A stretch of DNA of 64,000 nucleotides from a virus: positions 2,847 to 66,846 of IMG/VR virus record IMGVR_UViG_3300047564_005375. One strand, given 5' to 3'. A program made the translations under genes and the position numbers. This document shows positions 31,901-41,532 of the stretch, piece by piece (positions within the stretch are counted from its first letter, which is position 1; every line of letters begins with the position of its first letter). The notes beneath the pieces were generated by a model. That model was not told where the DNA came from. It was given only the letters and a program-made list of their open reading frames with translations, and did no database searches.

Positions 31901-34900
31901 CATCAAAGATTGGAAGTTTTTGTATTGTACATTGATGTCTTGATTAGATTGACCAACAGTTCTGTCCGCAGTGTTCACGGTTGGGTCTAAAACTGCCAAG
32001 GGGTCGACAACCGTATCGTTCTTATAGTTTGATACAGATTGTGAGAACTTCAAGAACTCATCCTCCAATTTATCAAGTACGCTTCTTTCAAACACCGAGA
32101 ACATGTCGTCAATTTTTGAATAGGGTGAAGTGAGAACCTGAGCAGCGTTCTTCAAGTCGAATGCGGGGACTGTCCCCAAAAGTGGAACAAGGTTCAAGTA
32201 TTCATCGTAAGCGGGTCTTACGATATCATTCGAGTCAAAATAACCATAGTTAGGAAGTTTCCAAAATAATCTCACTGAACCATTGAATACCGAACTGTTG
32301 TTGTAAAGGTCTTGAGTTTGTACCCCTTGTATTGTAAAACACGATTCTCTGACCTCATTCAGTTCAGTTCCAAAAGATGGTAGGATGTAGTAGTTTACCT
32401 GTGGTGTTGAGGGGGTATCATTACAAACGGATAAATTCGGGTCAGTACTCGGAATACCATCGGGTATTATACAACTATAAGTTGTCATGTTGAGAACACT
32501 AACTTGACCCGCATTTGTCAGGGCATTAGTTTGAATGTTTGAATTGGCTAAGTTTTGAATTTTCAAACCATCCCTGATAGATTGATTGATTTCTGAATCA
32601 GTGTAGTTTGTGTAAAGGTCATTTCCGTTAAGGAAATAGTTGAAGTCATTTATGGCTTTGGGGTAGAAACCAACACTTAAGTTTGTATATTGAACCGCTA
32701 ACTGATTGAATTGACTCTGAAGTTGAATGTTTCCAACACTAAGATTGTATGTCTTTTGTGTATTGTTTGTTACGGGGTCATAGTTGTTGACGTAATTAAA
32801 GTTACTCCACACCGGAGATAGAATATCCGTTTGATTTATTCCACTCTCAATATAGGTTTTGTATCTATGCCAAATTGAACCATACTTGAGAACCCAAACA
32901 TAAGGCACTTTGTGGATTGCTCCGAATTTCTTGAATGACGCAAAGATGTAATCCAAAGAAACTGTCACATTATTTTCATAACTCTTATATTTTTCTCTGA
33001 ATGTCGATAGAGGAAGTGAGTTAATCAACAAGTAAGACGCCGCAACATATGGGTTTTCAACTTTGTTTTTCTCATTCTGAACACCAACTAAAATTGAATT
33101 CACAAAATATGGTGTGTTCAGCATCGAGGTGGTTTTCTCAAATGGTAAACTCTCCGTGTTGGTACGGATAAATCCTTCAGTTGGTAACAAATTATCCGCA
33201 GTCCTTGAGACGTAGAATGCCGATAAATTGTTAATTGGGTTTGGTGTAGTTGTTGAAAGGTAATTGAAACTTGTTACCGGTCGGTTGATTGTAATATTAT
33301 TAACTTCTGTGAAGTTAGCAATTAAATTTTTTGGTTCAAAAATCTTATAAGTTCTACGAGTGTCGTTGGCACTGGCAACATTACCAACTGTGATATAACC
33401 ACTTAAGTTGGTTGCATTCCAAACTTCATTTGTAAATGGATAGGTATCAATAAACTGAACCTGATTCGTAATTGTTGACGCTAGAAGTTCCTTTACCGTA
33501 TCTTCACCAGGTAAATTAGTGTCAGGTGCCAACACGAGACTTGATAGTGTATCGGTAGATAAAATACTAAAGTTGTTCTGTACCTCTCTTCTAAGATATT
33601 CTGTGACAAAAATGTCTCGTATAAATTCTTGCCAAAAAGCTCCAGTCCCTTGGTTTGAAAAACTCTCGAGTGTTGCTCGGTAGTTTGCGGAACTGAGAAT
33701 CGTATTTTTTAACTTGTTAATTAAATAGGGGTTACTTATACCTAATGAACTAATTATGTTCCCAGCTTCAAGAACTCCAATCGTACTAATCAACGAAGTT
33801 TTAATTGGACTATTGATTAATCTACCGAAACCAGTGTAGTAGGAATACATAAATTGACGTTCAAAAATCTCATAGAAGAAACGTAATTCTTCAGTGTTTC
33901 TGTACGCCAAATTCACAAATGGAAATTCAATCGCATTAAGATTTAATCTTGAAGTAACTTGAGCATCGTTTTGTTGTGGTGGTCTTTGGTTTACACCAGT
34001 TAACCTCTGAGCAGTCCCCTTAAGGTATTCCTCAACGAATTCCACTTCGGGCCATTTGTCATAAAGGTATCCTTTTGTTAGATTCACAATTGAAGGGTCA
34101 CCAGGATACGCTAATTCATATTTGTTTTTGTTCGGGTCATCATTCTCCACGAACACTTGAGGCCAAGGGTATACAAATACCTCCGAGTTTTGTACCGCGG
34201 CAGCATCCGCATTTGCCGCATATTGAACCCTATCAACACCATCACTGTTAGGAACCGATGTATCGTTTCGAAAAATAAAATCTTTTCTAACAGGGTCTGT
34301 TTTAACTTGCCAAGCTTTCTCGTGGACATCATCCATAAGACGAATGAATGCCTCAGTCGAAGCCATAATTACCGCAGTTACATTTCTTACCGTTGGTCTA
34401 AAACCAATACCGGTGTCGGTACTCACTATTTTGTTCGAAAGTTCTTCAGTGATTCTATTTTCTTCTTGGTTTACAATATTATCCAAGTCGCCCTCCATAG
34501 CACGAATGATATTATCAAACCTTTGAGGACCAATAAAACTAAAGAATGGTTGTTTTACTTCTTTAAGTCCATCAGGTGTAATTTCAACAGTAATAAAAAA
34601 CAATCTCTGATATTGGACTTTTAAAAAGTCCGCGACCTGTTGTGGAGTTGGTCCAACAATACCTGTTTGAAAAGTTGTTGTTTGTACCCAATCAATCAAA
34701 GAAGGGTCTAACTGAATATAAAAAGTATCTTTGTTTATTGAGTTAGTAATTTTGAAATTCTTTGACGCAGATTTTCCATATGTCGGGTTATCGGCTAAAC
34801 GAGAATTATAGGTCTGTGTTATTGCCGTTAATTCACTCAGAGCCTGTGTTCTCCTTTCAGGACCCAACTCTGTTTTAAATGCATAAACCTCTTGCCCTGT

Positions 34901-36100
34901 GTTAGATAAAATATAGGGTTTGTCATTGAGGTATTTTGTGAACCAAGAATCAGAAGCCCCTCTTACTTTATTGTAATATTCTTTTAGGGTTTTCCTATAT
35001 GTTTCTGCGTCAGTGAGTGGTTGTAAATCCACTTTAGTATAAGACGCAACAATTTTCTCTTGGAAATTTTTTAATCTATAACCTAATTCAGGCAAAGTGA
35101 GTTCAGGAAAATCCAAAGGAATCAAACCTTTGCTTTTATACTCACCATAAACTTCCCTTATTTTTTGATAACCTCTTTGACTTACAACTGTTTCACTAAT
35201 ACTATATTCCGAGTTATTGGCATCTGCAGAATTCGCCAATTGTGAATTTAATTGACTTCTTGTTGTTGTGTCATTCTGTTGGGAGTCAATCGGAGTACGA
35301 TTAATATTAAAAGTTGAGGTATACATGTTAGGTAACGCCGCAAGGTGTCCCAATGTAATCTCATTCAAAATGTTGTACTTGTAACCAAAAAACTGACACG
35401 TCACTTGATAGTTCCCACTAAAGGTATTAAAACGAGCATTAAACTTATGTAAGTTCAATTGATATCTAATCGCCTGTCCGTACCAACCCTTTAGAGTCAA
35501 ATAAAATTGCGGATAAGGTAGTTGGAAAAACGCGGCATAAGGTGATTGGTCACCCTGTTCAAATAAAGCCCTACCTTGAACATCTTCAAGCTCGATTGTG
35601 ACTTCCGGGATAAAGTTTAAACTAGTCCTTACATTTATACTAGTGATACCTAATAGACCAGGGTCGATGGTCATTCCCCTTTCGTCAGTTGTTATAGATT
35701 GTTTGTAGAAAGTTGTTCCGTCAGCGTTGGAAACTACAGTTTCGTTTCTTTGTAGTCTTGCCTGACCATTTATTGCACCCAGTCCAGTCAAGTCATCATA
35801 ATAACCGCTATTGAGAAACTGGTCATTATTCGGTTTTAAAAAATTAATCTTCGCAATCGAAATGGTACGAATGTTATCTTGAGGTGTACCTCCAATTGCA
35901 AGTTTTGTTCTTGGTAATAAGTCAACTTCCAAGTTGGCAAACATTACCAAGTTTTCATGGTCAACCAAACGTTCTTCAATGATTTTTTGACCGTTCGTTG
36001 ATGTTCGTGAAGTTTTGTTTGGGTCTACAAGTATGATGTTGTTGTACGCCTCTTCAACGAATATATTTCCTGAATTATCCGAGAATCCATTACCTGCCAT
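28907..36100 (-). CDS. Giant baseplate hub protein (gp27/gpD-like; 2397 aa)
   Basis: Hub-like segments LGITSINVRTSLNFIPEVTIELEDVQGRALF and CEVVSFGNALIQPTMYFNL...GSYMITDVNHTVTPGSFQTQFTGIR; follows the LysM/gp53-like gene. Confidence 0.65.
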   Translation of the reverse strand: MAGNGFSDNSGNIFVEEAYNNIILVDPNKTSRTSTNGQKIIEERLVDHENLVMFANLEVDLLPRTKLAIGGTPQDNIRTISIAKINFLKPNNDQFLNSGYYDDLTGLGAINGQARLQRNETVVSNADGTTFYKQSITTDERGMTIDPGLLGITSINVRTSLNFIPEVTIELEDVQGRALFEQGDQSPYAAFFQLPYPQFYLTLKGWYGQAIRYQLNLHKFNARFNTFSGNYQVTCQFFGYKYNILNEITLGHLAALPNMYTSTFNINRTPIDSQQNDTTTRSQLNSQLANSADANNSEYSISETVVSQRGYQKIREVYGEYKSKGLIPLDFPELTLPELGYRLKNFQEKIVASYTKVDLQPLTDAETYRKTLKEYYNKVRGASDSWFTKYLNDKPYILSNTGQEVYAFKTELGPERRTQALSELTAITQTYNSRLADNPTYGKSASKNFKITNSINKDTFYIQLDPSLIDWVQTTTFQTGIVGPTPQQVADFLKVQYQRLFFITVEITPDGLKEVKQPFFSFIGPQRFDNIIRAMEGDLDNIVNQEENRITEELSNKIVSTDTGIGFRPTVRNVTAVIMASTEAFIRLMDDVHEKAWQVKTDPVRKDFIFRNDTSVPNSDGVDRVQYAANADAAAVQNSEVFVYPWPQVFVENDDPNKNKYELAYPGDPSIVNLTKGYLYDKWPEVEFVEEYLKGTAQRLTGVNQRPPQQNDAQVTSRLNLNAIEFPFVNLAYRNTEELRFFYEIFERQFMYSYYTGFGRLINSPIKTSLISTIGVLEAGNIISSLGISNPYLINKLKNTILSSANYRATLESFSNQGTGAFWQEFIRDIFVTEYLRREVQNNFSILSTDTLSSLVLAPDTNLPGEDTVKELLASTITNQVQFIDTYPFTNEVWNATNLSGYITVGNVASANDTRRTYKIFEPKNLIANFTEVNNITINRPVTSFNYLSTTTPNPINNLSAFYVSRTADNLLPTEGFIRTNTESLPFEKTTSMLNTPYFVNSILVGVQNEKNKVENPYVAASYLLINSLPLSTFREKYKSYENNVTVSLDYIFASFKKFGAIHKVPYVWVLKYGSIWHRYKTYIESGINQTDILSPVWSNFNYVNNYDPVTNNTQKTYNLSVGNIQLQSQFNQLAVQYTNLSVGFYPKAINDFNYFLNGNDLYTNYTDSEINQSIRDGLKIQNLANSNIQTNALTNAGQVSVLNMTTYSCIIPDGIPSTDPNLSVCNDTPSTPQVNYYILPSFGTELNEVRESCFTIQGVQTQDLYNNSSVFNGSVRLFWKLPNYGYFDSNDIVRPAYDEYLNLVPLLGTVPAFDLKNAAQVLTSPYSKIDDMFSVFERSVLDKLEDEFLKFSQSVSNYKNDTVVDPLAVLDPTVNTADRTVGQSNQDINVQYKNFQSLMRELLSVPLPPTYSDEEDLFVKIIDNQYGSFVSKIQNLMGYDVALRMGNPTVYRRRIVDSYISYVTGNLTVADPIPFSPYVQGSLPDGGGTTTFLTSRLVNQNAWRGLDLSVGFSTIPELNYVGNSSYITDFFISSNIQFNEFNATELSQLIKLYATQKLDNPNLTAQDFAGQLQSYLTTYQEFFDQSLNQTIILTQKGLPEISQLPEGRIQSQYDGSQPKVELYEVFKALNDKWIAGSNFKESSLFEDIMFLDRASRDIGQKILIDIFDLERITDSDSINYNMSVFVFLAGILTKNHFSVMPLPAYVNFYNQTQDVAGNNANDVDQTPQDFANDMWGTFLNVDYRNSGPKLICFYSGRPSSYLDMKGNKNFLFRSDAFDIRANNNPLVRQEENVNTLFNNKVVGFNVDIGTRNQNIFYSFRVDQNMGKATSESIQQINQMADFASGRNTATQNVSLYNIYKNMSYNCEVVSFGNALIQPTMYFNLRHVPMFNGSYMITDVNHTVTPGSFQTQFTGIRQSVFDLPLIDNYLMSVNKNLVSKVISAVKQRKDDVSVTTTTQQKNANKSTNPNTTTAEQNSCTAKVKEYPYLDVLGFQSVAGTDTKLNAEQLYNEIKLVTPDQNLQFVIFAICYVSSFSDNRFNGYDNNYGKITLEYNYSDLVEKYFLRTYSCRNFTTNQNSKVSNPVAMFATTNDFLQFMRDRLRDKIGQIRQKSLETFYLQNYPYPTGVSQTRNPEVQIALTKAKILMDKLQGQETPPFKSNIPLIPTPAPSPVVNNLNTTNQIVPTCTPTPSNAVFQFGVGPNTGNPIPTPTPSSTSVIPQSSDDVILNNSAILGTSNLSIRYGSPTANLTGIFSITGQLSQSYPARIYIAQTGTVGSLNIADFTLTPNQVVSSGQYTSTTDGWRTVLSRLAGNQPNYSVVIRVSVTTPAKEHIFTFVRSVIPLECPALGFDADEIISVQDMQTILQDPCCECYPTGTNGANIILYGTTCDLTGSNC

Positions 36101-36413
36101 AATAATAGAAGTAGTTTTCTATTGACGCTTTATAATCTTGTAGAGAAGCCACCAAAGGAAACGGAACTGTCAAAATTGCTCCGTCATAAATGTTATTTTC
36201 AAGTCCACCGAATTGTGGATTGGCTTGTAGAATTAACCACCCGAAAAATGGAGAACCATAATATTCTTGTGATATTCTATCGAGTCTACTTCTTCCTACT
36301 TTGTAAACAAAAACTTTATCCGTTGGTTTTGGGTCAATGTTTACAAATGGAACAACGGTTTGTTGTCCATTAACCAAGAATTGATTGTATCTGTTGTAAT
36401 ACTGAAACGGCAT
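36090..36413 (-). CDS. LysM-like baseplate wedge protein (gp53 / gpX-like)
   Basis: RLDRISQEYYGSPFFGWLILQANP...GAILTVP. Confidence 0.8.
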   Translation of the reverse strand: MPFQYYNRYNQFLVNGQQTVVPFVNIDPKPTDKVFVYKVGRSRLDRISQEYYGSPFFGWLILQANPQFGGLENNIYDGAILTVPFPLVASLQDYKASIENYFYYYGR

Positions 36414-36414
36414 C

Positions 36415-39400
36415 TTATAACAATTGAACCTTTGGTGTTATGACGTTAGCGGATTCTGAAGCCCAAGTCGTTACGTCCGTATTGGTATTGTTCTTGAGTC
36501 CCAAGTTTTTGATAAGGATTTTCCTTATATTAGAAGGTGAAGCATCTTTCTCATAAGTAAACACTCTCTTCTTCTCACTTGAGAATGGAGTGTACACCAA
36601 GAAGGTTTTAAGTTTTTCTTGACTTATTCCGTTGATGAATGCGTTTGTGACCTCGTTTTCTTTGTTGAATATCGGTCTTGCAATCTGTGTCCAATAAGCG
36701 TCAAACGGTCCCGACAAATCAGTATTACCTTCTTTGATGTCTTTAATGTTTCCAATAATCGCGGTTTTGAAAGTTTCAAAAGTTGGTTGGTCTGTAGCTT
36801 CCTTGGATAGAATAAAGTATTGTCTCTTGTTTGCAACGTTATTCCAGAAAGAGATATTATTTCTGAATTGGTCACCATCATTTGGTCTTGTAAATGTAAT
36901 ATTTTCTGAGGTAAATGGGGTAAAAACATTCGCAATAAAAGTATTCACGTTAGTTGTTGGTTCTTGAACCAACAAACCTGAATAACTTAGACCATTTTGT
37001 GTGAAGGTAAAATTAGTTGTTACAGCCTCGTCAAATACGTTTAAGTCTGTGGCAATTTTTACAATATCATCATTCAGTTCCAAAAGAGTGTTGGCGGCAG
37101 TTGAGGATGGGTGAACATCTGTTGTACCCGCAACATTAAAGATTATGATGTTTCCGTTAGCCTGTTGGAATCCGTCAGTACCTGTATTAGGTACTGAACC
37201 CAAAAATGGTACTGTATTAGCCCTTGTGAGTTGTTGAATCAAACCTTCTTGTGACGTAGTGAGTCCTTGTAAAATTGTGGTAATTGAGTTTGCAAATGAA
37301 CCCTTTTTACTTTGGACATAGTCTTCCATGTTTTTCTTTATCAATCTCATTACTTTCGGACTATAGTTTTGTCCACTCATAAAGGTAATGAATCCATCAC
37401 TACCACTCTGAATATCATTTAGGTAGTTTGAGAAGATTTGATTTACCGTAAATTCAATTTGTGAAGGTTTACCAAAAATACGTGATATCTGATTAGAATT
37501 GGCTAATACCGGACCATTTATGTAATTTCTACTCAGTGAGAATATCTGTCTAACCGCGTTGTTGTACTGACGAGTCAAATCAGTGTTCTTACTTACCACA
37601 TTAGTAAAGTAACCCTGAGTAGTCGTTTTGAATTGATTCATAAATGTTTTATACTCAGTGGTTCCTGTCTGACTTGTAGATGTTGTTTCAGTTGTTAGAA
37701 TGTTTCCAATGGTGTCAAAATTCGATGAACTTTGAGTTGTTTGAACTTCTTGAACTGTTGGTGGTGGAATAGTAATATCCAAGTCATCCAAGAATTGTTT
37801 GTCAATAACTTGATAACTAGTGTCTGTGGCATCTGCTCTGTCGTCATAAACTTCGGTATTAGCGTAGAAGTTGAACGATAGTGCGTTTTGAAGTTTATCG
37901 ACAGCATTTTGAAGTCCTTGACCTCCAACAAAATTGAAGGATAAGGTTACGTTGGCAACCATTGGTTGAACCCCGATTCCCTCAGGATTTAAATCCAAAC
38001 CTTCGTAGTTAATAGTTAAGTTTGTCGGGATGATTTTGGAGTGATAGAAATCACCAACACGAAGTACCAACACTGGAGGTGCCCCAAACGAAGTATTAAC
38101 CGCATTGTTGTACTCCAAAGTACTAACCCCTTGTTTATCTACTTTTGTTGTTGGTATGGTGTCACCAGGTCTCATACATTGCTGAAGGAATGTTAAACGA
38201 GAGTTCAGTCCCTCAGGAGTAATTGAGTGAAACGCAGGGTGAAAAAATTTGAGTTTCTCCTTAAGGTTATCATAAACCATAGGAGTTTCTTCTTTAATAA
38301 CTTCGAAGTAATCACATTCTGACAACAAACCTCTAAGTACTCTTTTGGTAATATTGTCTCTGAACACAGTTTCTTGAGTTACCACCTGTTGAGTTATAGT
38401 TCTCGAGTCAACAACAGAAGTAAGCTCTTCTTTGTATCTTGCCGAAGATGGAACAATGGTTGGCGGCAATTTTGGTGGTGGTGGAATCTTAACCGTTATA
38501 TTTTCTATCGCGGTTCTTCTGCACGCCATTGCATTCACAGAATAAACGGCTACGGGTCGTGAACTACTATCGGCTGAAGTTGAACAGAATTGTCTGTCGT
38601 AAGTCGCCCCATCACCATCAGGGTCGACAAAAGCAACTTCCCCCGGAGCTGTTGATACTATTGTCAATTTCTTTTCATCAATAAATCTTCCCAAGTTTCC
38701 GATAGTTCTGATAAATTGTACGGCAGCATCCACACGTCTTTGTCCCAAACTTCGGTTGTAATCTGCCGAAGCCGGACTCGAAGCGGTCCCTCTCAACACC
38801 AATTCGGCTGTGGCTTGTGGGTTTTGTGTTAATCTATCATTTAACAATAAAAGTTTTTGTTCGATTTTGACCTTGTTAGCCTCTACGATATTTGTAAAAA
38901 ACACCGAAACTTTTTGAGGTTCCAAACTCGTATCTGCGTAAATTTGCTTACTTTGAGAACCAACATAAGTGGTATAATAGTTCTCGTAGTTTTGAACCGC
39001 TTGATTCGGTAAAGGGATGTCATTGTCAAAATACAAACCTAAATTAATCAACTCCTCAAAATTATCTTGGTTACCTGTTTGTGAGGTATCTGGAGAAGTA
39101 TTTGTATTTCCCCCACCTGTAGTTCCACCATTCGATGTAGACGCATCGCCCACTTGGATTGTGTTCTTGATGTAACGAATTTCTTCGGTTGTAATATCTT
39201 GGTTTTGAATTCTTTGTTGGATTTCAAATAAATCTTCAGGATTGATTGTGTAGTATCTTGCCGCCAATTCATAAATGTCATACTTACGACAACCAGCGAA
39301 GAACGATTCAATAATTGAGTCAATTCTACTCTTGTTGTTTTCGTTGGATAAAACCCTATTAACAATCATATTCATGATTGAAGGGTGGTCTACAACGATG

Positions 39401-41505
39401 CTCCAATTCAAACTTCCTGAACGGTTCGAGTTCTTGTATGTAAATACTGGCTCAGGTCTTCCAATAAAATCTGTTTGTTGGAACGAAGCACTGGTACTTT
39501 CGTTGAATTTTAAGTTATACGGTGGGAACCACATAATTCTTCCACCATTCGGTCCTCTCTCACAAACCGCTAAATCTCCATAAGATAAACCCGGTCTGTT
39601 GGATGTTCTCCACGCCAAGTTTTCAAGTGAGAACATATACTTTTTGGCGTAACCATTAATATCCCCCCCTGCAGGTGGAACACCGTTAATAATGTTTGTT
39701 GAATCTTGTCCACCTTCTCTTTTGTTTGGGTAGATGTTAAGATTGTAGGTACTATCCAAAACAGAGTATGAAAATCTTCTGTTTTGAGTTGTCATACCAT
39801 CTTGTTTCTGTAGGTCGTTGTACTGAAGGTATGGAGTATCTTTAGTAAAAATTCTACAGTATTCAGCCCCCACTTCAGCGCCAGGTTGTCCAATGTAACG
39901 AATTACTTTGGAACCTTTTGTAATCTCTTTGTATCCGTCATTGAATACTTTTGAAACTTGGTCAATGGCATTTCCCGCGTGTTGTTGTCTTCTACCACCA
40001 CTTCTTGGTTGAGAATCAATTATACGTTGGGTTTCATCTAGTATTGAACCCTGACGGAAGTCGTAGTTTGTTGATTCAGTTGGTCCATAACCTGAAGGGG
40101 CAAAATCGGGGTCATCAGCAATAACATTACCCCCAGGTCCCACATACTTACCAGCATTTCCTTTGAACTTAGGTGAGACCCAAGTAAATCCACCTTCAAT
40201 ACCACCACCACTACTATAGGTTGGTCCGTTAGCACCCAATCTAAGAGCTCTACCAGGTCCTTCGTATAGTTGGGCTAACTCGGATGGACCATAAACCGGT
40301 GATTGAATTTCTCTACCGAATCGGTCAACAGGTAAATCACCTACAGGAGAAAAAATCTGACTTGGCTCAGACTTAACAGAACCAACATAATAATCACTGT
40401 TATTAGAAAAGGTTCCAACTAAAGCCCCTGCAACCCTGTCTAAGATTCCTCTATCGTAACCAGGTTTGAATACGTTATAATCAAGGTTGTTAAAAAGTGC
40501 CGACTTTTGTCCGGCACCTGTGTTGGCTAAAAATAATTGTGAACCCGTTCTTGGTTGTCCCCCAATACCCGCAAAGAATCTTCCGATTCCCGCAAACAAG
40601 TTTTGAACCCCAAATGCCGCGGCTAATTGTTGGGTGGTTGTTGGAGTTCTACTATTGATTGAAGGGTCAAAGTATGAACCAGGAATTGTTGAGAATGGTG
40701 CGTAGGTTCCTGACAATCTGTTAAGAGCCGATGCCGCAGCACCTACAATTGTCGAGGGGGTTGTAATACTGTAGTTTGGTTCCAACAACGGAACTCTTCC
40801 CGTTATAAGATTAAAGATATCTTCCCCACCATTTACATTAAGGAAGTTGGCTCTACCACGAGTCTCTTGGGTTATCTGACGAGCAACGTTATATTCGAAA
40901 GATTTTCTGTAAAATGTCGCACCAAGTTTGGCTAAGTAAGAATCCGAGGACAAAGGTCCATTGGAACCTGTTGGGTCAGGATTTAATACCAAACTTACCG
41001 CACGATAGGTGGATGGGTTGAAATTGGGATATGGTTGGGCATCTGTACCTCTTCCGTTGTTGGTACGTAGTATTTCTAATTGTCCAATAAATTCACCTGC
41101 GTCATATAGTTGTGTTGTGTTGGCATAAGCATTCAAAGGTTTCCATGCCGGTGACAATGTCCCTATTCCCTGTAATGCTGCAACTGCCGCCTCGTCCAAT
41201 ATATTTGCGTCTTGGTACCCATACTCCCCCTCGTTGGAGTTCGTGTTCTGTAGTGTCCCTGGGTCTCTTACTTGAACATATCCTCCGTCAGCCCCGTATT
41301 GGTTGAGGGGATATAGCTTGTTGGCAAAAATTGGGTTGTCAATTAAGGTATCATCACTATCGGTTGGTGATAAATCTCTCTGAATTGTTTCGTAGTTAAT
41401 TGGCGGACTGATTGAGCTCGGTGACTTTTTATAAGGCACCAAGTTCCTAACAATAAGTTTTTTTCTAAAAACTTCTGAACTAGGAAAATCTAATGGACTC
41501 GGCAT
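36415..41505 (-). CDS. Large tail-tube initiator-like protein (gp48/gp54 type) with inserted OmpA-like domain
   Basis: Tube-like motifs FIGRPEPVFTYKNSNRSGSLNW and PPVLVLRVGDFY...VTLSFNFVGG flank LYFDND...LRGTASSPASADYNRSLGQRRVDAA. Confidence 0.65.
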   Translation of the reverse strand: MPSPLDFPSSEVFRKKLIVRNLVPYKKSPSSISPPINYETIQRDLSPTDSDDTLIDNPIFANKLYPLNQYGADGGYVQVRDPGTLQNTNSNEGEYGYQDANILDEAAVAALQGIGTLSPAWKPLNAYANTTQLYDAGEFIGQLEILRTNNGRGTDAQPYPNFNPSTYRAVSLVLNPDPTGSNGPLSSDSYLAKLGATFYRKSFEYNVARQITQETRGRANFLNVNGGEDIFNLITGRVPLLEPNYSITTPSTIVGAAASALNRLSGTYAPFSTIPGSYFDPSINSRTPTTTQQLAAAFGVQNLFAGIGRFFAGIGGQPRTGSQLFLANTGAGQKSALFNNLDYNVFKPGYDRGILDRVAGALVGTFSNNSDYYVGSVKSEPSQIFSPVGDLPVDRFGREIQSPVYGPSELAQLYEGPGRALRLGANGPTYSSGGGIEGGFTWVSPKFKGNAGKYVGPGGNVIADDPDFAPSGYGPTESTNYDFRQGSILDETQRIIDSQPRSGGRRQQHAGNAIDQVSKVFNDGYKEITKGSKVIRYIGQPGAEVGAEYCRIFTKDTPYLQYNDLQKQDGMTTQNRRFSYSVLDSTYNLNIYPNKREGGQDSTNIINGVPPAGGDINGYAKKYMFSLENLAWRTSNRPGLSYGDLAVCERGPNGGRIMWFPPYNLKFNESTSASFQQTDFIGRPEPVFTYKNSNRSGSLNWSIVVDHPSIMNMIVNRVLSNENNKSRIDSIIESFFAGCRKYDIYELAARYYTINPEDLFEIQQRIQNQDITTEEIRYIKNTIQVGDASTSNGGTTGGGNTNTSPDTSQTGNQDNFEELINLGLYFDNDIPLPNQAVQNYENYYTTYVGSQSKQIYADTSLEPQKVSVFFTNIVEANKVKIEQKLLLLNDRLTQNPQATAELVLRGTASSPASADYNRSLGQRRVDAAVQFIRTIGNLGRFIDEKKLTIVSTAPGEVAFVDPDGDGATYDRQFCSTSADSSSRPVAVYSVNAMACRRTAIENITVKIPPPPKLPPTIVPSSARYKEELTSVVDSRTITQQVVTQETVFRDNITKRVLRGLLSECDYFEVIKEETPMVYDNLKEKLKFFHPAFHSITPEGLNSRLTFLQQCMRPGDTIPTTKVDKQGVSTLEYNNAVNTSFGAPPVLVLRVGDFYHSKIIPTNLTINYEGLDLNPEGIGVQPMVANVTLSFNFVGGQGLQNAVDKLQNALSFNFYANTEVYDDRADATDTSYQVIDKQFLDDLDITIPPPTVQEVQTTQSSSNFDTIGNILTTETTSTSQTGTTEYKTFMNQFKTTTQGYFTNVVSKNTDLTRQYNNAVRQIFSLSRNYINGPVLANSNQISRIFGKPSQIEFTVNQIFSNYLNDIQSGSDGFITFMSGQNYSPKVMRLIKKNMEDYVQSKKGSFANSITTILQGLTTSQEGLIQQLTRANTVPFLGSVPNTGTDGFQQANGNIIIFNVAGTTDVHPSSTAANTLLELNDDIVKIATDLNVFDEAVTTNFTFTQNGLSYSGLLVQEPTTNVNTFIANVFTPFTSENITFTRPNDGDQFRNNISFWNNVANKRQYFILSKEATDQPTFETFKTAIIGNIKDIKEGNTDLSGPFDAYWTQIARPIFNKENEVTNAFINGISQEKLKTFLVYTPFSSEKKRVFTYEKDASPSNIRKILIKNLGLKNNTNTDVTTWASESANVITPKVQLL

Positions 41506-41532
41506 TCAGTATACTTTTCTAATAAATAGGAA

